From assembly GCF_018350175.1 (NCBI RefSeq), contig NC_058368.1:12586001-12650000 (forward strand): a DNA stretch of 64,000 bases, in the 5' to 3' direction. The number at the start of each line of letters is the position of its first letter. The first letter of the stretch is position 1. Below are positions 1-13,219 of the stretch, piece by piece. The notes under the pieces were generated by a model. It was not told where the DNA came from and ran no database searches. It worked only from the letters and a program-made list of their open reading frames with translations. The position numbers were made by a program, and so were the translations under genes. Origin of the DNA: Felis catus (Eukaryota).

Positions 1-126
1 AATATACTCAGGCCAAAAAGCAGAAGGACAGATGCATTTCCTGGGTTTGAGCATCAAAAAGAGAGTAGGGGGAACACAGGATAGATGCACATTGCATTAC
101 AGCATTATTTGGGTGGGGGAGGTGAA

Positions 127-395
127 CACTGTTATTCAACATAGTGTTGGAAGTCCTAGCCTCAGCAATCAGACAAGACAAAAAAATAAAAGGTATCTAA
201 ATCAGCAAGGAGGAAGTCAAACTTTCATTCTTCCCAGATGATATGATACTCTATGTGGAAAACCCAAAAGACTCCACCAAAAAACTGCTAGAACTGATGC
301 AAGAATTCAGCGAAGTTGCAGGATATAAAATCAATGCACAGAAATCAGTTGCGTTTCTTTTCTTTATTTTTTTAACATTTATTTACTATATTATT

Positions 396-427
<32 letters not shown>

Positions 428-2038
428 ATGAGTGGGGGAGGGGCAGAGAGAGGGATACACAGAATCCGAAGCAGGCAGGCTCCAGGCTCCGAGCTGTCAG
501 CACAGAGCCCGGCGTGGGGCTTGAACCCACAAACCAGCAGATCATGACCTGAGCCAAAGTTGGACACTTAACCAACTGAGCCACCCAGGCACCCCAAAAT
601 CAGTTGCATTTCTACACACCAATAATGAAGCAGCAGAAAGAGAAATTAATGAATCAATCCCATTTACAATTGCATCAAAAACCGTAAGACACCTAGGAAT
701 AAACCTAACCAAAGAGGTGGAAAATCTATACACTGAAAATTATAGAAAGCTTATGAAAGAAATTGAAGACAACAAAAAATGGAAAAACATTCCATGCTCA
801 TGGATTGAAAGAACAAATATTGTTAAAATGTCGATACTATCCAAAGCAATCTACATAGTCAATGCAATCCCTACCAAAATAACACATTTTTCCCAGAGCT
901 AGAACAAACAATCCTAAAATTTGTATGGAACCAGAAAAGTCCCCAAATAGCCAAAGCAATCTTAAAAAAGAAAACCAAAGCTGGAGGCATCACAATTCTG
1001 GACTTTAAACTGTACTACAAAGCTATAATCATTAACACAATATGGCACTGGCACAAAAACAGACATATATATTAATGGAGCAGAATAGAGAACCCAGAAA
1101 TGGACCCACAAACATATGGCCAACTAATCTTTGAGAAAGCAGGAAAGAATATCCAATGGAAAAAGAATGGTCTTTTCAGCAAATGGTGCTGGGAAAACTG
1201 GACAGTGACATGCAGAAGAATGAACCTGGACCATTTTGTTACACTATACAGAAAAAATAAACTCAAAATGGATGAAAGATGTAAACGTAAGGCAGAAAGC
1301 CATCAAAATCCTAGAGGAGAAAAGAGGCAACAACCTTTTTGACCTCAGCCTCAGCAACTTCTTACTTGACATGTCTCTGGAGGCAAGGGAAACAAAAACA
1401 GAAATGAACTATTGGGACCTCATCAAGATAAAAAGCTTCTGCACAGTGAAGGAAAGAAACAATCAGCAAAACTAAAAGGCAACTGATGGAATGGGAGAAG
1501 ATATTTGCAAAAGACATATCAGATAAAGGGTTAGTATCCAAAAGCTGTAAAGAACTTATCAAACTCAACACCCAAAAAACAAATAATCCAGTGAAAAAAT
1601 GGACAAGAGACATGAATAGAAGACACCCAGATGACTAACAGACACATGAAAAAATGCTCAACATCACTCATCACCAGGGAAATACAAATCAAAACCACAA
1701 TGAGATACCACCTCACATCTGTCAGAATGGTTAAAATTAACAACTCAGGCAACAACAGATGTTGGCAAGGATGCAGAAATACAGGAACCTTTTTGCACTG
1801 CTTGTAGAATGCAAACTGGTGCAGTCACTCTGAAGAACAGTATGGAGGTTCCTCAAAAAATTAAAAAAAGAACTACCCTATGACCCAGCAATGCACTACT
1901 AGGTATTTTTCCAAAGGATACAGGAGTGAAGTTTTTATGGGGTACATGTCCCCAGTATTTATAGCAACACTATGGACAATAGCCAAAGTATGGAAAAAAC
2001 CCAAATGTCCATCGACAGATGAATGGATAACGAAGATG
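127..2038 (+). mobile_element. Carnivore-type LINE-1 ORF2 fragment (RT to C-terminal region), frameshifted, truncated at both ends, interrupted by a SINE
   Basis: Translated pieces match L1 ORF2: [22 protein letters not shown] (degenerate FADD motif), [71 protein letters not shown]. Several stops/frameshifts; no 3'UTR or poly(A). Confidence 0.95.
359..595 (-). mobile_element. CanSINE (SINEC_Fc-type) inserted in L1
   Basis: Reverse-oriented head, (GA)n tract and T-rich tail; 17-bp TSD aaatcagttgc(g/a)tttct at 342-358 and 597-613. Confidence 0.95.
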
Positions 2039-2900
2039 GAACCAAGCATTAATCCTGCCTTTCCTATATGAATTGTACCAAGGCATAACCAAATAGTAGA
2101 TGAAAGAAAGTTAATAAAAACAGAATGATCGGAATATAATAATGATCAATTAGAATGTGCTAATTCTGTATTTTACCATAAGCAACCCCTAAGGAAAAAA
2201 TGGATCTATGCCTCTCATAGCCCCTGCTGCTAACATCACAAAAAAAAGGGGAGATAAACAGATATTAGATGCTTCTTAACAGAAGAAGACAATGCCACCT
2301 ATGAGGTAGTTTTACCAAAAAAATATTGGTAAACTATTTACACATTTAGATTCAGCTATCAATTCACAGGAAATACAGAGAACAAAAGAATATGTTAAAT
2401 GCAATCATAATCATCCGAGTCCAGTCTATGAAACTCTATAGAACACACAACCCCACTTCTTCAACAAATAATTTGACAAGGAAAAAAAAATGAGAGAAAG
2501 GGAAAGATAGAACCTATAAATTCAGGGACTTAAGAGTCCAGTTCTAACATGAGGACTTTATTTGGATCCTTATTTTTTTAAAAATGTCAGAAATATAAGC
2601 ACTGACTGAATATTTTCTGATACTACATTTATTGGTAATTTTAGGTATAAGACTGATTTGTGGTTATTTTTTTTTTAAGTTCTTAATAGTTACAAAAATA
2701 TTTACTGACGAGTTGACACAATGATTGGATTTTGCTTCAAAATAATATAGGTCAGGGAGATGTGGGTGGGGATATAGATATTGATAACTATGGAAGCTAA
2801 GTAATGGATATATAAGGGGTCATTGTTACTCTTCTTTTTTTGTTGTTACTCTTCTTCCTAATCTTTTACATATTTAGAAATTTTCATAATAAGACAAAAA
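2039..2900 (+). mobile_element. Old L1MC-type (L1MC4-like) 3' end
   Basis: Resembles the recalled L1MC4 3' consensus (aaccaaatagtagatga, gctgctaacatcacaaaaa, caattcacaggaaatacagag, ttcttcaacaaata, tttatttggatcct) and ends in ttttcataataa. Confidence 0.7.
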
Positions 2901-5900
2901 CATCCATCAGTTGGAAATACTATAGTGTTTCTTTTTCTCCTTGAAATCCATTCCACTTACCCATACGAATTTTATCCTAATGTAAACAGACATTAATAAA
3001 AGCATTTTACTAATCACCTATTCATATTTCTGCAACAAAAATAAGTATACACATGTAGATTTTTGATATTTAAAAATTTTCTGGGAGTGATATGAGTCTA
3101 AATGTTAAAATCTCATCTCATTTTTTACAGTTTTTGATAATATACAATTGATTGAAATTTTAAACACAATAAATGTTAATAATTATCAAAGATAAAAGTA
3201 ATATTTTATCTAAATGCATCATTTAAAATAATGTGTGGAAAATTTATGGAGACTTGGTTATGGAAGTCTTCATTTTTTAATTGTTCGTTTGGTGTACCAG
3301 ACAAATATATAAAAAATGCAAGTAGGATCCAGTTTGAAGTTTGAAGTCTAGCCATAATCTAACAAAGAAAGGTTTCAGATAAAATTCTCAGACTAGTTTC
3401 TATTTTTTTTAATTTTCTTATTTTTTTTTTTAATTAAGCACATGGGAAGGAAGTACAAATCATATGGGAGGGAATAAGATGATAACCTTAAAGCTGACCA
3501 AAGGGTATAGCCATTGATCTGGGGACACCCTTGACCACCATTCTGATTAGAGTTTGGATTAGGATTAGTTAAAACCTTTCAAATGCATTTCCATATAGAA
3601 TTGCCCCACTGGCTCTTCCCTGGCAAGACAATAACAGGATTCAGAAGTGAGTCAAGGTGGTGAAGTACTTTGGAGTTAGTTGGAGGGTTCTCTGATGACA
3701 CAGAATCAACCAGAACAACCTAGAGAACTTTTAATAACAATACAATTTTGGAATGAATTTTAACTGTGGATGAAAATCTAGAACAGATGTAGATCTCTTA
3801 AGACTGTCTGGTCCAAACCAGGTGGCCTCAGAAGACATTTACAATTAAAATAATGATAAATATGTTATATATCAGGGCCCACTAAATAAATAATCAGGAA
3901 AAAAAAGAGGGAGAAAATTAGGGCTTGAAAATAGCTGATAATCACTTTTGGCCATAACTCAGCATGTTTAAAAATAACTACAAATTATGGCTGTATATAA
4001 GGGACATGATTTTTCTTGGGAAAACGAAACGAGACATTAACCTATAGCAAGGGTATTCTCAGTGTTTGAGAATTACATAAGCATAAAACTACTGAAAAAA
4101 ATTCCAATATGGTTAAGTTCAGTATTTCACCACTAATTAGGAAGAAGTCATTTACAAGTGCAGGCTGGGAGCTGGAGAAGGAAAAATGAGAAATAAAGTT
4201 CATGTAGCCTCATAAGATAATACTTCAACAACTCAATTTATGTTCAATTTCAAAGTCTTAGGTCACCTAAACCTCAAAAAATCAGTTTAAGGAGACACTT
4301 TCCTCCACCTCTGGCTTTCTCTCTTTTTACCATTCATAACCTTAAAGACTACTAGCTGATACTTGCGACAAGCAGACTAAGTAAACTACTGCAATATAGG
4401 GAATGCACAAATGCACATACTAAAGAACTGATCCCTATTATTCAAAATCAATTATTATTGACAGATTTATGAACTAAACCTAAGAATATTTTCTCCAAAA
4501 TAAGTGCAATATTTTGCACTTTAATTGGTAAAGTGCAAATGCAATTAGTGGAAATGTATCTAGATTGCCTTAAATTAAACGAATGTGAAAAATAAGTAAA
4601 TGATTAATAATTTTACTACTGTTTAGTTCTTCTGAAATTCAAAGGTATTTTTAATTACAAAAGTGAAATGGTCCATGATCTTATAAAATGCTTTCAAGTG
4701 AGACCAGTTTAAAAAATAAAACATGTTTGCTTTTATAATGTTTCTAACTTAACTTAAAATGCTCCAGGAAAATAAAGAATTATGTCCGTATGTATAACAT
4801 ACCCACAATGTTTGGTTCTGAGATATTTATAAAAATGCTTTGTTGACAGAAATTCATTAGAAAATAAATAAATATTGATGTATTGAAAGAAGAACAATAT
4901 AGATTATAAAACAATTTCCAAACCTGGAAAATTTCTTATGCTGTATGAGGGTATTGGGGAAATGGCTGAATCTCAAGAATTTCCTGAAAAAGAGCTCAGA
5001 AATCTGTCTTCCAAGGGCACAGAATGTCCATTATTCACTTCAAATGAAGTCAAATGAGGTCATGGATATGCAATTACTTTTAATTATATGAATTTGTATA
5101 CAAATATAAAGTACCATCATTATTACCAGTAGTTGAAATATCATAAATCTTTCGCTTTCAAATTATTGAAAGGGCAAACCATGCAGAGATGCAAGAAGGA
5201 AATAAGGGTCAGAGTAGCTAAAATATGATGAATTAATTGTCAAGTATATTTTGGTGAATTGGAAAAATTAAAGTGTGGAATGTAGAAAGTGTACCGTTCA
5301 GAGTGCTAATGATGAAAAACACTTATTGTGGCCCCTTGACTGCCCTACTTATAAATCATGATCAAAGAGTTCCTCAGTGATTTCACCCACATTTTAAGAT
5401 CAACCCTGGCCTAGAGCAGCTCTAAGGAAAAAAGAACATTGGGGTCATCTCTTGGGATTTGGACCCCAGGACCCCAAAAGGGGACACTAATAGAAGGTGA
5501 ATCAGCTTTGCAGTATAAATATGGTTGCCAGGCAGCAAATATAAAAGGGTTAGGGTGGGAACCATAAGAGGAGCATCTGCTTAGTTGGAAGCTTCAAATT
5601 CTTTGTTTCCTACATAATAATACTCTTCCCATCTTTTATCCATGATTGTTTCCGTGTATGTGATTTGCATGGCTTATGTCTTCCACAATTCTACCTACTG
5701 ACACATCACTGAACTTCACCAAGGCCACTCCTCTCACCCACTAACTATTCCTCCCAAACACACACTCTGGCATTTTAAAACTGCCTATCTTTCATCTGCC
5801 AGAAAGAAAAGTAATAACATTTGGAAAAGTACCTCCACAGTGACCTTTTAGGACTGAAGTAGGGTAAGTAGTTCATTTTCCACCCTGGAAAGACTTCTTC

Positions 5901-6084
5901 CACAGAAGTAGTGCTGCTTGCTATGTTGCACCACTGGCAACCTGAATTTTCTGTGGGGGAACTAGTTATTCAAACAAAAGCATTTTTCTTAACTCACCAC
6001 TAGCCAGGAGTAACCATTTATTAAAACAATGACCTTTACAAAGTATAGTATCAGTCTCTGTCATATTCTTTTACCTTTTACAAG

Positions 6085-6245
6085 CTTTGTAACCTTAGAC
6101 AACTTAACCTCCCTAAACAGGATTTTGTCATCTGCAAATGGTAGACATTAATTGTCACCACCTCATAAAGTTATGGGGGGAGGGGGAGATTCAATGAAAT
6201 AATCCATGGAAAGTTCTTGGCACTGTCCTAGCACAAAGTAAAGGA
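6085..6245 (+). mobile_element. MIR fragment
   Basis: acttaacctcc..tcatctgcaaatgg..cacctcataaagtt..aatgaaataatccatggaaagttcttggcac, the MIR core pattern. Confidence 0.65.
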
Positions 6246-6282
6246 AATCTTAACAACTGCTGCTGCTGTTGCTATAGTAGTA

Positions 6283-6337
6283 TAGTAGACCTTTGAACAA
6301 ACAGGAGTTTGAACTATGCACGTCCACCTAGACATGC
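6283..6337 (+). mobile_element. Short Tigger-family (Tigger2/MER8-like) terminal fragment
   Basis: tagtagacctttgaacaaacaggagtttgaactatgcacgtccac resembles the recalled terminus CAGTTGACCCTTGAACAACACGGGTTTGAACTGCGCGGGTCCAC. Confidence 0.55.
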
Positions 6338-6499
6338 TCCCATTCTGTGCTTATTTTTTTAATTAATGGCACATCTATGAACCCTAGGTTTCCAGTGTAG
6401 AAATCTCAGTAGCATCTCTGGTTGGACTTATGTAGCGATCCCACATAAACTCAACCAGCAAACCCAATTACTTCTGTGTCTGCAATGTCTCATTTCCAA

Positions 6500-7190
6500 T
6501 TTCTCCTCAAAAATCCCAAAGAATCCCAATTACCCCTAGAAAATAGAATGAAAATTCTTTAGAATAAGATTAAAAGATTACCAGTAGTTGGCACTAATTT
6601 TTCTTTTGAACTTCAATCTCCACTATCTTTCTTCATGAACACTTTGCTTTTTCTACTGCTAGACATTTCCTGATAACGTCAAACACTTTCAAGCTTTTGA
6701 ATCTTTGCTCATGATATTGCCTTAACCTGGAATACCCTTTCCTTCTTTCCATCTACTGAAATCCTACCAATCTTTTAAATTCAAATGCCATTTTCTGTCT
6801 GTAGTCTTCTTTGATACTGGTTCACAGAGTAAATCTCTCTTTATCACATGGGATTTTGTGTTAACACTTATTTAAGGAGTTTAGGTCACACTTCCTTGAA
6901 ATATTCTCCACCCAAATTTCAGACTCATATTTAATTGCCCAACAATCATCTCACTGGGTTAACCCTTGAGTCCATCAAATTTAATATGTCTCAAGTTGAA
7001 TACATCCTTTCTTACCAGACTTGGTCTTCCTGCTGGGCTCCCAGTTAAAGAGAAGTCTGAGTGTCATTCTTGATCACTCCACCTTCTCATCTCTCACTTT
7101 GTCTCATTGATTCTAGCTTCTAAGTATCTTTCAAATATATTCACATCCCCTTCCCCACTGTTAATACGATGGTTCAAATCATCACATTTT
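6500..7190 (+). mobile_element. Degraded L2 fragments
   Basis: Pyrimidine-rich L2-like phrases (tctttgctcatgatattgccttaacctggaataccctttcc; tttcagactcatatttaattgcc; gagtgtcattcttgatcactcc). Confidence 0.5.
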
Positions 7191-8075
7191 ATTGTTCATT
7201 TTCTTCCTCTGATCAATTATTAATCAACTGATTAGAATTTCTAATAAAAAAATCAAGTCTCAATTTAGAAAAATAAACATAAGTTATATAATCCATAGGT
7301 AGTCAATTAAATGTTATGGTTTTATTTTCTCTTTACACTTCCATAAGACAACTCACTATAATTCCTTCAGGGTATTATTGAAAATGATCTCTTGGTAAAC
7401 CAAACTAAAAATTAATTTAGTGGTTTAGTGGTCAGACATTTGTATACTTATTTGTAATAAAGTTGAGAAGACATCATATTATTTTTCATTTTCTTCCTTG
7501 GACCAATTTCTAATAAATGATTTAGAGAATTAAATGTTACTTTTATGTGTGTCAACTGTGAACCAATTAAGAAAAAACAGGATGAATATAGACATCTGAA
7601 AACAATTTCGCTATTAAAACTTCCCTTTACATTTCTTTTTAAAGTATTTAAATCAGTAGTTGAAAGTACCATATAATTTACTTATACAGCTTCTTCTAGG
7701 ACCAGAATTGAATGTGTTAATTTTTATTAATCTGAACAATGGTGACTTTGCATTTTAAAAATTCAAGAAACAGCCATGGGTCACAGGGCTAATCACTTCA
7801 ACTTCTCTTTTCTTCATTTCTGCCTACTTTGCTAGTTTTCATTATTCATATAAGGATTCTCAGCAAATTACCAAACTAAAAATGTGACCTATCGTATTCC
7901 TTCTATTTGGAGGGTAAAAATAATTTTTGAGGTCAGAACATTGGTGAAAAGAAAAAAAATCAAATAGATCGATAACGAATTTAAGAAGGAACTTTGTGTT
8001 AAGCAAGGAATGGAAATGACATAAATAATATTACCCATTAAAAATACTGTTTTAAACTTTTAATAACTTTTAAAT

Positions 8076-8287
8076 TTTTTTTTTCAACGTTTATTTATTT
8101 TTGGGACAGAGAGAGACAGAGCATGAACGGGGGAGGGGCAGAGAGAGAGGGAGACACAGAATCGGAAACAGGCTCCAGGCTCTGAGCCATCAGCCCAGAG
8201 CCCAACGCGGGGCTCGAACTCACGGAGCGCGAGATCGTGACCCGGCTGAAGTCGGACGCTTAACCGACTGCGCCACCCAGGCGCCCC
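8076..8287 (-). mobile_element. Young CpG-rich feline CanSINE
   Basis: Full head to tail with CpGs retained; perfect 22-bp direct repeat aaacttttaataacttttaaat at 8054-8075 and 8289-8310. Confidence 0.97.
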
Positions 8288-9917
8288 AAAACTTTTAATA
8301 ACTTTTAAATAATCATGACAATAATTTTATCTGATGTGTAAATTATAAATTATAACTTGATTTTAATTATAATTGACTTTAATAACAACAGTTTGTCTTA
8401 TTTCAAAAGTTTGTGTTTTTTTGTTTTGTTTTATGGAATTCCACATGTACCTTTGGTCTGGGAAAATCATTTCAAGTCATACATTGAAGGATGCCTGTAG
8501 GTATTAACTATGCCACCTGGCCATGTGACATGCTTATAATATACTGGAGAATTTGCCAATAGCAGATGGGCAAAAGATTAAAATGAAAGTTCTAAGCTGA
8601 ACCCAACTGGTGAAAAGGGAGCAGACCTTGGAAAAATGCCAGATGTAAAATGGAAAAGCACTTCTCCATCGTATTCCTGGTATCTGGCACCACAGTAGGC
8701 ATTCAACACATATTTTTGAATAAATGAATGAAAGAAGGCTGAGTCAGCTTAGGAGACATTAATTTGAAATCGGAAATATTAGTGATTTGATTGTCTAAGA
8801 TCTGAGGAATCCTAAAAAAACTTTGTTGAAAGAAATCCTAATAATTTATTAAAAGAGGACATATTCTAATCTAGAGAAATTTTTAAGTGTTTTGTTTTGT
8901 TTTGCTTTGCTTTTTTAAATCCTATGAAAGAATTTAGCAACAGTTCCAAAGAGTATGAAGTATTCGGTATATGAGTCAGTGATCTGTTAGTTGTAGTTAA
9001 ATGCTAAAGTTGTACCTTAGAAATTTAAGAGCAAGGTCTAACCAAGCAAAGAACCTAGGCCCACTATACTGTAGACTTTATAAGACACAATAAAGGATCA
9101 TTGTCTAAAAGCAACTTCTCATAGAAAAATTGTTTATAAACTTTATTTATACAGTGAAACTCCAATAAATAAGTTAAAAATGCGAATTTGGAGTCCAGCC
9201 CATTTTCTCTCTCCATGACACTCCACACAATCCAATGAAGAATCCTAGAATTCTCAGGAAGGAAGTTTAAAAACCATTGTATTAAGAGACTTTTAGAGGA
9301 ACCTAAAGGCAAGAGCTCCTTCGGGTGGGGAAATGATTAGAGTTGGATAGTATAATACTATAGTTACCATTCACTGACTGTCTATGCTATCTCAGTACTT
9401 TATGGAGTTTATCTCATTGATGCTGAGTTTAAGTATCATAATACCTTTTTATAATGAGATGGCTGAGTCTCAGAGAGATTAACTTGCTCAGGTCAATCAA
9501 ATGCTGAATACATCCTGTGCACGACAGACTGTACCAAACTGGTTCAAGTATGTCCCACCATAGGAACCGACATCTGTTCCTGCATACATTTTCTGGGGTA
9601 TTCTTCTTTTGTTAAATGAAGTTTTGTGACCCTGAGGGACATAGGTACTTATAAGCATGTCATATCTCCCAGAGACTATTGGCATTTACTGTGGAGGTGG
9701 GGTGGGATACCTAAAAAGTTTACCATGATCACCTGACCTTTAGGAACCATAGCTTATTGCTTCAACAAAACCTCACTGTGGAACCAACTCTCAGACCCCC
9801 ACACAACTCATTACAAAGCAGAGCTATTGTCTGGGGCCTGACCCACCACATTTAACACTCCTCTCACCCTCCCACAAAGTCCCAGGATGAACACAGATAT
9901 CACATGATCAGTAAAGT

Positions 9918-10160
9918 TGATTATGCATTTGTCAAAACCCCTAGAACTGAACGACACAAAGGGTGAAGCCTAATACAAATGACGGCCTTAGGTAATAATG
10001 TATCAATATTGCTTCATCAACTTTAGCAAATGTACCACACTAACACAAGATGTTAACTATAAGGGAAACCGGGTTGTTGGTGCATGTGGGGAATACTTAG
10101 GAACTCTCTGTACATTCTGTTCAATTTCTCTGAAAACCTAAAATTGCTCTAAAAATTAGA
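9918..10160 (+). mobile_element. L1MC-type 3' end fragment
   Basis: ttatgcatttgtcaaaaccc..caaatgtaccacactaacacaagatgttaa..gaactctctgtac..aacctaaaattgctctaaaaa. Confidence 0.75.
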
Positions 10161-10599
10161 CTTTATTCGTTTTTTTAAGTTAGTTATTTCCTAATATATT
10201 CGGAAAAAGAAAAGTTAAAGTCAAAAACAATCCAAATCTAAGATTTACTCAGCCTCCTATCTCCTTAGCCCCCAAACCTACAGTTTCTACCACATTCACA
10301 GAAAGTGGCCCATGGTTGGCTGCATCGTCAAAGGGTAGGGCTTAATGGAAGAGGTCTGTGAGAGAATTAGGCTGGTACCACATGGATGGCCTGCCTCTGA
10401 GACCTGAATGAGTTGGTGTAGGTTCCTCAGCAGACCTTTTTGGGTAAATCCAGAAAGACTTTAGGGATGCTGTATTCATCAGAATATCAGATTACCAGGA
10501 TTAACTGCTCACCTCAAAGGTTCCTTTACAACTGTGTCAGAAAGAGCTACCGTTCTTTCTAGAGCACTAGTCCTTAGTATAGGAACACTGCAGATACTT

Positions 10600-10918
10600 C
10601 CCATGTTGATGCAAATGCCACCTTTTCAGTGCCACATTCATCAACTACCCAATCCAAAACTGCAAACTCTCCACTTCTACTATCTCTTTACCCCCACTTC
10701 TTGTCTTTTCTTTCTTTATTTCCCCCAGTGCGCTCATTGCCATTCAGCATACTATACATTTTACTTGACTTTATTGTTTTCTTGCCTCACTAGCATAAGC
10801 ACTAAGAGGGCAGAGATTTTGTTTTTACTGTTGTATCTCTAGCCTTAGAATGGAACCTGGCATTTAGTATACCTCCCATACATATTTGATGAACTGAATG
10901 AATGAATGAATGAATGAA
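10600..10918 (+). mobile_element. L2 3' end with (TGAA)n tail
   Basis: gagggcagagattttgtttttactgttgtatctctagccttagaatggaacctggcatttagta..atatttgatgaactgaatgaatgaatgaatgaatgaa. Confidence 0.75.
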
Positions 10919-12059
10919 CACTCGGAAGAACAGAGTCTAATGGCAGCACGGACACTGGAACAGAAAGGTGTGCCAGGAGCCCAGGTCATGGGAACCTGAG
11001 CAGTGACAGCCCTGATGGAGGCAATTGTCAGAAGGCGTGAAAAAGGCTTATACACAGAACCACTAGAGTTTAAGGGTCGCTGCTATACCTCCCCTGCTAC
11101 TCTGCACTAGCTTTTGCAGTTTACTTTTGACACATTGCACTGGGTCACTGTCTACTACCAGAGAGAAGAACGCTGAAGATAGAACAGTGGTCAACAGGAT
11201 TTGCTGATAGAATTGTAATCCCAGTAAAACTGAAAGGAGGCTTGAGCAAAATAGCTTTTTGATTGAAATGGAAGCCTTGGTTTTTCTCCCCTATAGTTAG
11301 CAAAATAAGACTAGGTGGCCACTTAGGACAACAGCCCAACAGAGAGCTTATGTGACACACTCTATAGAGGTTATCATTTCAAGGTTTTCTTTGCTGCCAC
11401 ACCAGAAAAAGAAATTACTAGCCTAAACCACTTAAACACAGTAGGAAACTTAAAAATAAATGCACCCCAAAAGGGTAGGAACTCTACTTAGGGTTCCCAC
11501 GACAAATCTTCCAAAATCAACAGTGTGGTTTAGCTAAATGTTATCAAAGCTCACTAGCCATACATTCCCATGACATGACTCAGTGACTCTCTATTTCCTG
11601 TCTACACTTCCTTTAGCTCTGGACCTCACTGTGAGTTTGTATTTCACATGTAGCTATGCCAGATAGTTCTAGTTCAGCCTGTGTAGACCATAAAAAGTGT
11701 TTAGAGAATATACAACATGTGACAATAAAAACGGTGTAATTGTACCAGCCATTTAAAAAACATTCAGAATTCTATTACATCAAGTTTTCTCTGATATCAC
11801 TTAAAACCTGGGAACAAAGTACTTCTGTTTTACATTAGAGAATTGTTATGGAAATGCTAACAAATAATATGAGCTCCTCTATACACAGTACTATTTAAGA
11901 AGCCCTCAACAATAAATGATAAATGTTTTTAAGGGCAGCATGACTTAAAGATAAAAGATTGAAAATCTTCAACACTGTCTTTTTGTGGATCACTTACTTT
12001 CTTATTGTGTTGAGTAAAATATTTTAAAATATCCATGCCTCAGTTTTCTCCCATCTTCT

Positions 12060-12279
12060 TTATTTTTTTTTCTTAATGTTTATTCTTGAGAGAGAGACTG
12101 ACAGAGACAGAGTGTAAGTGGGGGAGGGTCAGAGAGAGAGGAAGATACAGAACCTGAAGCAGGGTCCAGGCTCTGAGCTGTCAGCATAAAGCCTGACACG
12201 GGGCTCGAACTCACAAACTGCGAGGTCATGACCTGAGCCGAAGTCGGTCGCTTAACTGACTAAGCCACCCAGGAGCCCC
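12060..12279 (-). mobile_element. CanSINE
   Basis: Reverse head and tail; imperfect TSD cagtttt(ct)cccatcttct. Confidence 0.95.
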
Positions 12280-12531
12280 AGTTTTCCCATCTTCTATTCC
12301 CAAGAAATACTTGCTGTGTATACATTACTTTTGAATAAAGCCAGCAGGAAGGAGGAGGAGGAGGTTACGGTTTCAAATTGTTTTGCATTATTCTTGGTCT
12401 TTTATACTTCTATAATGGTGATTTAAATCAATTTTGATCTTGGGCTCACTATCTTTCTACAGTTAGTATATTTTATCATTTATTTCAGGCAAGGATAAAT
12501 GTCTGAAGCAAGTTTTAACATAAGAAATTAA

Positions 12532-12740
12532 GGGGCGCCCAGGTGGCTTAGTCAGTTAAGCATCTGACATCAGCTCAGGTCATGATCTTGTGTTCATGGG
12601 TTCAAGCCCTGTATCTGGCTCTCTGCTGACAGCTCAGAGCCTGGAGCCTCCTTCAGATTCTGTGTCTTCCTCTCTCTGTGCCCCTCCTCTGCTCGTGCTG
12701 TCTCTCAAAAAATGAATTAACCTTAAAGACATTTTTTTAA
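12532..12740 (+). mobile_element. CanSINE
   Basis: ggggcgcccaggtggcttagtcagttaagc head, CT-rich tract, A-rich tail. Confidence 0.95.
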
Positions 12741-13219
12741 AGGAAAAGTTTAAAATAGCATAGTAAATATAATTCCATCCAAATTAGTGCTTATAATTAC
12801 TACTATTAAAATTGTAATAATAATTATTATTAAATTATTTAGAACGATTGGTCAGTTCCTAAAATATGTTCATGGTAGAAACTTCCTTCTGGTCTTGCAG
12901 ATTTTTAATCTGCAAATCTCTCCCTAACACATCATCCTACTCTATTATGCAATTTCCTTTCTTCTTACACAGAATATGAATATTATTATTCAAGTATTTA
13001 TTTACATCAGACACTTGTGTCATATTAATTACTTTGTCTGAATCACCTGTATGTCCAGGTACATATAATAAGGTTTTAAATGTTAAGCAACCAAAGGGCT
13101 CCCAGGTTTGTTCACTCCGTACCATACCTAGGACAGTGGTACATGTAGAAGAGTGCTTTTAAATTTCATAATGCTGCTGCTGAAGATGATACAGTTTCTA
13201 TATACTGACTGTTGTTTTT

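Noticed and set aside
243..2071. L1 ORF2 as an active reverse transcriptase
   Set aside because: Truncated, frameshifted, SINE-interrupted, and the catalytic motif reads FPDD.
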